Source: Vulcanimicrobiota bacterium
GTDB lineage: Bacteria; Vulcanimicrobiota; Vulcanimicrobiia; Vulcanimicrobiales; Vulcanimicrobiaceae
Length of the DNA: 64,000 bases
Assembly (NCBI GenBank): GCA_963833095.1
Contig: CAWHWQ010000002.1
Coordinates: 160,001-224,000, forward strand
Reading direction: 5' to 3'
This document shows positions 56,932-64,000 of the stretch, one piece after another. The notes under the pieces were generated by a model. It had not been told where the DNA came from. It made no database searches and was given only the letters and a program-made list of their open reading frames with translations. The first letter of the stretch is position 1. Every line of letters starts with the position of its first letter. Made by a program: the position numbers and the translations under genes.

Positions 56932-59433
56932 ACGCCGGCGAGTTGCCCGATGCGCGTTCCCATGCGCTCCGCGTAGGCGTAGGCCTCGCCGTCGCTTGGG
57001 GCCTCGGCGTAGACGCTGAATGTTGGATCCGATGCGTCGGGCAACACCAGCACCCAGCCGTCGTCGTGGCGCACGCGCAAACCCTCGAACAGTTCGATCT
57101 GATCGCGCTGCTGTTCGGCGATGAGCGAGCGCATGACGCGACCCTTGTGTTCCCACGGACACGGAACCGTCACGGTCGCGACATGCCACTCCGGCAGCAT
57201 GTCGACCAGCTCGCTGAGCCGGCGTCCCTCGCGTCCGAGCAGTTCCATGACCTTGGCCGATCCGTAAAGCGCGTCGAACGCCGGATGGAGTTCGGGAAAC
57301 ACGACCTCGTGATTCGCACCGCCGACGAACGCCAACTCGCGTCCGCGCGATTCGGCTAGCGCCATCAGCGAGCGGCGGTCGCTACGCGCGCGAATGACGG
57401 TCGCTCCGTAGCTCTGCGCAATACCTTCGATCGCCGCCGGCGCCATCACCGGCACGGCAACCGCCTTTGCACCCGCGCGCACGACCATCAGCGTGAGCAG
57501 CGCAATGAGTTCGTTGCCGTCGACGATGCGCCCGCGATCGTCGACCAGCGCAAACGTCTCGCCGTCGTGATCCAGCAAGATCCCAAGATCGGCATGCAAC
57601 GTACCCACGATATCGCTCAACTGCGCGAGCGAGTGGGTCCGGTCGTCGCTAACCGCGTGCACGCGATTGTCGTCGAAATAGGCATTGAGCGAAATCGTCT
57701 CGATGTCCAAGCTTGCTCAGAATGCGCGGCAGCACCAGCGACGCGTTGCCCTTGGCGTAATCGATCACGACGCGGAAGCGCTTCTCAGCCATACGCCTGC
57801 GGGCGCGAGCGCCGAAAGAAACGCGCCGGTGTAACTTTCGAGCGCGCGAGCCGGAAAATCGAAGAGCCCGACGTCGTCCATCGCGACACGGCGGAAATCC
57901 TCACGGAAAAATAGGTTCTCGATCTTGCGTTCGGTCGCTTTATCCACGTTGATGCCGCTGCGATCGAAAAACTCGACCAGCAACGAATGCGGATCTCCCG
58001 GAGCGATGCGCACGTGAACGCCGCCGTTCCCACCGATGCGCATCGCGAAGCGTGAGAGTGGCAGCGGGTACGATCGCAAGTCCTCGACATTGACGCCGAC
58101 GCTGAGCAGTCCCGAGATGATGCAACGGTTCATGATGCGGCTGCTGGGATGGGTGTCGCGCGCTGGTCATCACCGCTTCGCCGGGGCGAAGATAGGATCC
58201 AAACGCTTGCCCGAGCTTGAGAGCGAACTCCGGTGTGATCTCGAAATTTGCAAGACCGGTAACACCGACGCCGCCGAAGAGCGAACCCGGCCACTTGATG
58301 CCGTAGATCAGCGACATCGACACGATCGCACCCGAGCGTCACGTACTTTTCCGGCCACAGCTCGCAAGTGCGGACGAATCACCGCCGATTCGCCGATCAT
58401 GCAACGCTCACCGATGACCGCGCCTTCGCCGATCGACGCGCGCGCCTTGACGATGGTGCGATTCGCGACCGTACAATCGGTGAGGTGCGCGTCGTCGCCA
58501 ACGTACACGTTTTCCCACAGCACCGCGCGATTTACGCGCGCCCCGGCTTCGACGATCGAGCCATCGCCAATACATGCCGGACCTTCGATCTGCACGCCGG
58601 GTCCGACTGTGACGCCGTTGCCGAATTGCACGTGCCCCGTGATCGAGGCGCTCGGATCGACCGTGCAGCCGGCGCCGGCCCACACCTGCGCACCGATTTG
58701 GTTAGGTGGGCGTTGCGTGCGCACCGCGCCCGAGAGCGCGTCGTAGTTGGCTTGCTGGTACTGTTGCAGGTTCCCGATGTCGGTCCAATAGTCCGAGATC
58801 ACGTGCCCGCCAAGCCGCTTTCCGTCGCGCAGCAGCAGCGGAAAAATATCCTTGGAAAAATCGTAGGTCTTGCCCGGCTCCATGTAGCCGAATACCTCGG
58901 GCTCGAGCACGTAGATCCCGGTGTTGATCGTGTCGGAGAAGACCTCTCCCCACGAAGGCTTTTCCATAAAGCGCGTGATGCGACCGTCATCATCGGTGAT
59001 CACCACGCCGAATTCGAGCGGGTTGTTGACCCGCCATAGCGCGATTGTTGCGACGTTGCCGGCGCTCCGATGCGCGCCGATCAACGATGTGAGGTCGATA
59101 TCCGTCATCGCATCGCCCGAAATAATGACGAAGGTGTCGCCCTCGAGCAGCTCTTGCGCCATCTTGACCGCGCCCGCCGTACCCAGCGGCGTGTCCTCGA
59201 CGACGTATTGCATCGTTACGCCCAGCGCCGAGCCGTCGCCAAAATACGTCTCGATTTCGTCAGCCAGGTAGTGAAGCGTCGCGACGACGTCGGTAATGCC
59301 GTGGTGCGCCAAGCAGTTCGACGATGTGATGCATCACCGGCTTGTTGGCGATGGGCGCGAGGGGCTTGGGACGGCGCGACGTCAGTGGGCGTAAGCGCGA
59401 GCCTTCACCGCCGGCCATCACCACCGCTTTCAT
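56928..59433 (-). CDS. Fused mannose-1-phosphate guanylyltransferase / phosphomannomutase-like protein (multiple frameshifts)
   Basis: [48 protein letters not shown], hexapeptide repeats, then PGM/PMM-like domains ([28 protein letters not shown]) across frames. Confidence 0.88.
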
Positions 59434-61169
59434 CGGGTCCCTCCCTCTCGCGGCCGTTCCTCGCGTAGCGCGCGAACGATCGCAGCAAAGATCGGATGCG
59501 CCGGAAGCGCATCGATCGGTACGGCGAGCTTGCGCTGCCAATTCGGCTCCTCGTCGACCGTGCCGGGAACGTTTACCTGATCGAGCGAGCCGATCCCGTC
59601 TTCGAGTTGCAAAAGCACCAGGCGCGAGCGCGACCGCGCAAGGTAACGATAGGCGCCAACCAGCAGGCTCGTCAATTGGTCGCCGTCAACTTCGATGCCG
59701 GACGAGCGCAACGCGTCGAGCAGCTGCTCGCGCGTCGTTCCATCAGCCCGGTTCCACCAGCCGGCAAGCGTCGGCAGGTCGTGCGTTCCGGTGCTCGCCA
59801 CCGCTTGGGCCGGATAGTCGCCGGGTGCGCGAAAGCGGCCGCCCCATTCGCGTTCGAAGTAGAGGACGCTGCACGAAAAGACGCGCGCCTGCGTCGTGCG
59901 TTCGCGAAAGCCTTCGGGCACGGTGCCCAGATCCTCGCCGACGATCATGCAGCGATTGCGCACGCTTTCAAGCGCGACGATCCCAAGCATCGCGTCGAAA
60001 TCGTAGTTTACGTAGGCACCGCCGCTGTCCGGCAGCGCGCGCGGGATGCAAAACAGCCGTCGCAGGCCCATGACGTGATCGATGCGCAACGCCCCGGCGT
60101 GACGCATGTTTGCGCGCAGCAGCTCGACGAAAGGTTGGTAGGCACGCTCACGCAGCACGCGCGGGTGAAACGGCGGCAGCCCCCAGTTTTGCCCCGCCGC
60201 GTTGAGCGGATCGGGCGGCGCGCCGACCGATAGCCCGAGCGCGTACGCCGACGGATCGCTCCAGACATCGGCGCTAGCCAGATCGACGCCGACCGCGAGA
60301 TCGCGATAGAGCCCGATCGGCATCGTGCTCGCAGCGCTCGCCGCCTTCGCGAGCTGCCGATCGGCCAGCCACTGGAGGAACACGAAGAAGTCGACACGCT
60401 GCGCATGCTGCGCTGCGAAGCGCTCGACCGCCGCGCCGCGCGCATCTTGGAGTTGCGCCGGCCACTGTTGCCAGCTATACACCTGCGGATCGAGCGCGCA
60501 CAATTCTTCCATGATCGCTTCGTAGAGCGCAACCTCGCGCACCCCGGGATTATCCGCCGCGAAGTCTTGCCAGGGGCGGCGCCCACGCAACCATTCGAAG
60601 CAGCGCTCGAGCGCGTCGAGTTTATAGGCCGCAACGCCGCGATAGTCGACCAGCGGCGCATCGCGCAAAACGCGCGTATCGAAGCCCTCCAGCAAAACAC
60701 CGAATTCGGATGCGACGGCGGACACATCTATGTAGAGCGCATTGAGGAAGCACCGGCTCAGCGGCGCATAGGGACTCGCCGCCGACGGATTGCTCAGATG
60801 CGACGCGTGCAAGGGGTTGAGCGCGACCGCGGACGCGCCCAGTTGAGCGGCCATCGCGGCGAGCCGCGCGAGATCGCCGAAATCACCGATGCCATCGTTG
60901 GATGCCGAGCGCAGCGAATAAAGCTGTGCAGCGATGCCCCATGCGGGTCTGCTTTCGAGCTCGGGGGGAACGTAGGCGCGCTCAGGCACGACGATCAGGT
61001 TATCGTAGTAGCCGATCTCCATCGGTGAATCGAGCAGATCGACGCGCACCACGCGGACCGCCGGCGCATCACTCGTCTCTTCGCCAAGCGCATCGCGCAT
61101 CGCCGCCATCGTCGCGTCGGAAACGCTCACGGGATTTCCGAACGCGTCGGCGTAGCGATCGTCGATCAT
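59430..61169 (-). CDS. malQ: 4-alpha-glucanotransferase (GH77)
   Basis: [54 protein letters not shown]. Confidence 0.95.
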   Translation of the reverse strand: MIDDRYADAFGNPVSVSDATMAAMRDALGEETSDAPAVRVVRVDLLDSPMEIGYYDNLIVVPERAYVPPELESRPAWGIAAQLYSLRSASNDGIGDFGDLARLAAMAAQLGASAVALNPLHASHLSNPSAASPYAPLSRCFLNALYIDVSAVASEFGVLLEGFDTRVLRDAPLVDYRGVAAYKLDALERCFEWLRGRRPWQDFAADNPGVREVALYEAIMEELCALDPQVYSWQQWPAQLQDARGAAVERFAAQHAQRVDFFVFLQWLADRQLAKAASAASTMPIGLYRDLAVGVDLASADVWSDPSAYALGLSVGAPPDPLNAAGQNWGLPPFHPRVLRERAYQPFVELLRANMRHAGALRIDHVMGLRRLFCIPRALPDSGGAYVNYDFDAMLGIVALESVRNRCMIVGEDLGTVPEGFRERTTQARVFSCSVLYFEREWGGRFRAPGDYPAQAVASTGTHDLPTLAGWWNRADGTTREQLLDALRSSGIEVDGDQLTSLLVGAYRYLARSRSRLVLLQLEDGIGSLDQVNVPGTVDEEPNWQRKLAVPIDALPAHPIFAAIVRALREERPREGGTR

Positions 61170-63289
61170 TCCGCAACAAGCAGTGCCAGCGTGCGCGCGC
61201 GCAGCGGAAAGACCGCGCCTGGAAGAAAGCGCGAGTCGGCTGCAAGCCGTTGCGGCCGCGTCGTGTCGATCACCAGGCGCCAGCCCACAAACGTGGGCAG
61301 CGTGGGAAGGATGAAGGGGATCTCATGCTCGTGCGCATTGAGGAGCATGAGAAACGTATCGTCGTATTCGGGGTAGCCGCGCATGCTCACGAAGCGATCG
61401 CCGGTATCACCGCCAAAGAGCGCTGCGAGAGAGCGCCGCGTGGTGTCGTGCCAGTCGGCATCGACCATCTCACGTCCGCTCGCATCGATCCAGCTGATAT
61501 CTTTGAGGCCGCTCGGCGAGACGGCGTTTCCTTTGAAATAGTGCGGGCGCCGAAAGAGCGGGTGTTCGCGCCGTAGTTCGATCAGATCGCGCACGAAGTC
61601 GACCAGCTCGGGATCTTCTTGTACGTCGGTCCAGGAGAGCCAGCCGATTTCGTTGTCTTGGCAATAGGCATTGTTATTGCCAAGCTGCGTGTTATTGACC
61701 TCATCGCCGGCAAGCAGCATCGGCAGGCCTTGCGAAAGCAAGAGCGTTGCGAGCAAATTGCGCTTGAGCTGCGCGCGCATATTGCGAATCGCCTGATCGT
61801 CAGTCGGCCCTTCGGCGCCGCAGTTCCAACTGTAATTGTGATCGTGACCGTCGAGATTGTGCTCGAGATTGGCTTCGTTGTGCTTGCGCTCGTAGCTGAC
61901 CAGATCGTTGAGCGTAAAACCGTCGTGCGCGGTGACGAAGTTGACGCTCGAGCGCGGGCGCCGTCCGGTGCGATCGAAGATGTCGCTCGAGCCGGTCAGA
62001 CGCGACGCGAACTCGGGAATCGTGCCGTCGTTGCCCTGCCAAAAGCGGCGCACGGTGTCGCGGTAGCGGTCGTTCCATTCCGACCAACCCGCGGGAAAGT
62101 TTCCGAGTTGATAGCCGCCCGGCGAGAGATCCCACGGCTCGGCGATCAGCTTGACGCGCGAGAGCACGGGATCTTGCTGCACCGCTGCGAGGAACGCGCT
62201 GCCTTGGGTGAAGGCGCCTTCAGGACGTCCAAGCGCCGGCGCGAGGTCGAAACGAAAGCCGTCGACGTGCATCTCGTTGACCCAATAGCGCAGCGAGTCG
62301 GTGACCATCTGCAGCGTGCGCGGATGCACGAGATTGAGGGTATTGCCGCAACCCGTATAGTCGGCGTAATAACGGCCATTATCGAGATGGTAGTAGCTCT
62401 TATTGTCGATGCCGCGCAACGACAGCGTCGGCCCGAGATGATTGCCTTCGGCGGTGTGGTTGTACACGACGTCCAGCAACACTTCGATGCCCGCTTCGTG
62501 AAGGCGCTTGACCATCGTCTTGAACTCGCCCAGCGACGAGCCCGAGAGCAGACGTGGATCCGGCGCAAAAAAGGCGATCGAATTATAGCCCCAATAGTTG
62601 CGCAAGCGGTGCTCCACCAAATGGCGATCGTCGACCGCAGCGTGCACCGGCAGCAGTTCGACTGTCGTGATCCCCAGACGCGCGAGATACTCGATTACCG
62701 CCGGTGAGGCCAGACCAGCAAATGTCCCGCGCAGCTCGGGGTTGACGTGCGGATGTTTGATCGTAAAGCCGCGCACGTGCATTTCGTAGACGACGGTTTC
62801 GTGCCAGCGCGTGTACAACCGCCGGTCTTCGCCCCAGGTAAACGCGGTATCGACCACGACGCACTTGGGCATCGCGGCGGCATTGTCGCGTCGGTCGAAG
62901 GAAAGATCGGCGCGCGACGATCCGAGTCGATAACCGAAATTCGCATCGGTCCAGCGCACGAAGCCGTAGAGTTGTTTCGCGTAGGGATCGATCAGCAGCT
63001 TGTGATGATTGAAACGGTGCCCGCGCTCGGGATCGTAGGGGCCGTAGACGCGATACCCGTAGAGCGTGCCGCGCTCGATCTCGGGCAGATATCCGTGCCA
63101 GATCTGATCGGTGAACTCGGGTAACGCGATTCGGCGCAGTTCGCGCGTGCCCCGCGAATCGAACAAACAGAGCTCGACGCGTTCGGCATTTTCGGAAAAG
63201 AGCGCAAAGTTGACGCCGCTGCCGTCCCAGGTCGCACCCAGCGGATAGGGACGGCCAGGGAGAACCGCAGCGCGGCCGGCCGGTTTCAT
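61166..63289 (-). CDS. glgX: Glycogen debranching enzyme GlgX (GH13)
   Basis: [55 protein letters not shown]. Confidence 0.96.
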   Translation of the reverse strand: MKPAGRAAVLPGRPYPLGATWDGSGVNFALFSENAERVELCLFDSRGTRELRRIALPEFTDQIWHGYLPEIERGTLYGYRVYGPYDPERGHRFNHHKLLIDPYAKQLYGFVRWTDANFGYRLGSSRADLSFDRRDNAAAMPKCVVVDTAFTWGEDRRLYTRWHETVVYEMHVRGFTIKHPHVNPELRGTFAGLASPAVIEYLARLGITTVELLPVHAAVDDRHLVEHRLRNYWGYNSIAFFAPDPRLLSGSSLGEFKTMVKRLHEAGIEVLLDVVYNHTAEGNHLGPTLSLRGIDNKSYYHLDNGRYYADYTGCGNTLNLVHPRTLQMVTDSLRYWVNEMHVDGFRFDLAPALGRPEGAFTQGSAFLAAVQQDPVLSRVKLIAEPWDLSPGGYQLGNFPAGWSEWNDRYRDTVRRFWQGNDGTIPEFASRLTGSSDIFDRTGRRPRSSVNFVTAHDGFTLNDLVSYERKHNEANLEHNLDGHDHNYSWNCGAEGPTDDQAIRNMRAQLKRNLLATLLLSQGLPMLLAGDEVNNTQLGNNNAYCQDNEIGWLSWTDVQEDPELVDFVRDLIELRREHPLFRRPHYFKGNAVSPSGLKDISWIDASGREMVDADWHDTTRRSLAALFGGDTGDRFVSMRGYPEYDDTFLMLLNAHEHEIPFILPTLPTFVGWRLVIDTTRPQRLAADSRFLPGAVFPLRARTLALLVAE

Positions 63290-64000
63290 GCGCGCACCGG
63301 GCGGAAGTAGACCGCGGCAAGCGGCGGGAGCGTGATCGTGATCGATTGCTCGCGGCCATGCGACGCAGTCGCGTCGACACGGACGCGCCCAAGGTTGCCG
63401 ACGTTGCTGCCGCCGTAGCGCGCCGAATCGCTATTGAACACTTCTTCATACTCATCGGCGGCCGGAACGCCGATGCGATAGCCGTAACGCACGATCGGCG
63501 TAAAATTGCAGACCGCGATCAAGACGTCGTGCGGATCGCGACCATGACGCGCGAAGGAGATGGCGGAATTTTCAACGTCCTGATGGTCTATCCACGAGAA
63601 TCCTTCGTGTTCGTTGTCGCGCTCGTACAGGGCGCCGGTGCAGCGGTAGAGATGATTGAGATCGCGTACGAGCGTCTTGACGCCGGCATGGGGGCCATCG
63701 TCGTCCACGAGCGCATCCCAATCTAGGCTGCGGTCGTGATTCCACTCGCGGCTCTGCGCGAACTCATCGCCCATGAAGAGCAGCTTCTTCCCGGGATGCG
63801 CGTACATGTAGCTGTAGAGCAGACGCACGTTGGCGAACTGCTGCCAGCGATCGCCGGGCATCTTCTCGAGGATCGAGCCTTTGCCGTGGACGACTTCGTC
63901 GTGCGAAAGCGGCAGCACGAAGTTCTCATCGAATGCGTAGATCAGCGAAAACGTCAACTCGTCGTGATGATATTTGCGATGCACGGGCTCGTGTGAGAGA
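63286..64000 (-). CDS. glgB: 1,4-alpha-glucan branching enzyme, C-terminal part
   Basis: ENFVLPLSHDEVVHGKGS, HPGKKLLFMG, NFTP, YGGSNVGN, LPPLA; 5' end outside window. Confidence 0.95.
   Translation of the reverse strand, partial: LSHEPVHRKYHHDELTFSLIYAFDENFVLPLSHDEVVHGKGSILEKMPGDRWQQFANVRLLYSYMYAHPGKKLLFMGDEFAQSREWNHDRSLDWDALVDDDGPHAGVKTLVRDLNHLYRCTGALYERDNEHEGFSWIDHQDVENSAISFARHGRDPHDVLIAVCNFTPIVRYGYRIGVPAADEYEEVFNSDSARYGGSNVGNLGRVRVDATASHGREQSITITLPPLAAVYFRPVRA

Noticed and set aside
61619..62707. Long antisense ORFs (also 1298-2239, 10265-11206, 18692-19609)
   Set aside because: Shadow frames of well-supported genes, expected at high GC; no motifs.

Overview
A GC-rich, gene-dense chromosomal window from a diderm bacterium. 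Gene content (LptF/G-LptD-LptC-Lnt, Pro/Ser/Thr linkers, a stalk-domain beta-barrel, a YXWGXW protein, fused GMPP-PMM) suggests a Terrabacteria-type diderm such as Vulcanimicrobiota/Ca. Eremiobacterota; this is an inference. Left to right, it holds: a partial EAL gene; a PaoABC/YagTSR-type molybdoenzyme; a malate/fumarate module (mqo, cupin, aquaporin, fumC, AEC permease); a YXWGXW repeat protein; a MacAB-like ABC system; a four-gene DUF3494 ice-binding-lipoprotein operon next to a LuxR regulator; a HAD phosphomannomutase; a PP2C-kinase fusion; a SigK/RskA-like pair; SorAB; a Mod-type transporter; PPK2; an Lpt/Lnt envelope cluster; KGG stress proteins; and two convergent glycogen/glucan operons. 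I saw no rRNA, tRNA, CRISPR array or intact mobile element. Several genes carry single-base frameshifts that look like long-read consensus errors. The best novelty candidates are: (1) an unrecognised, translationally coupled two-gene secreted module present twice (30498-31762 and 37006-38222); (2) a 17-bp box at identical spacing from the -10 element upstream of both the ice-binding operon and the YXWGXW gene, pointing to a LuxR surface-protein regulon; (3) a TetR regulator with a transposase-like N-terminal domain and a direct-repeat operator; (4) SigB/SigF-like stress promoters; and (5) a degenerate D-aminoacylase homologue that has lost most catalytic residues. All family calls come from motif recognition by eye; no database searches were run.
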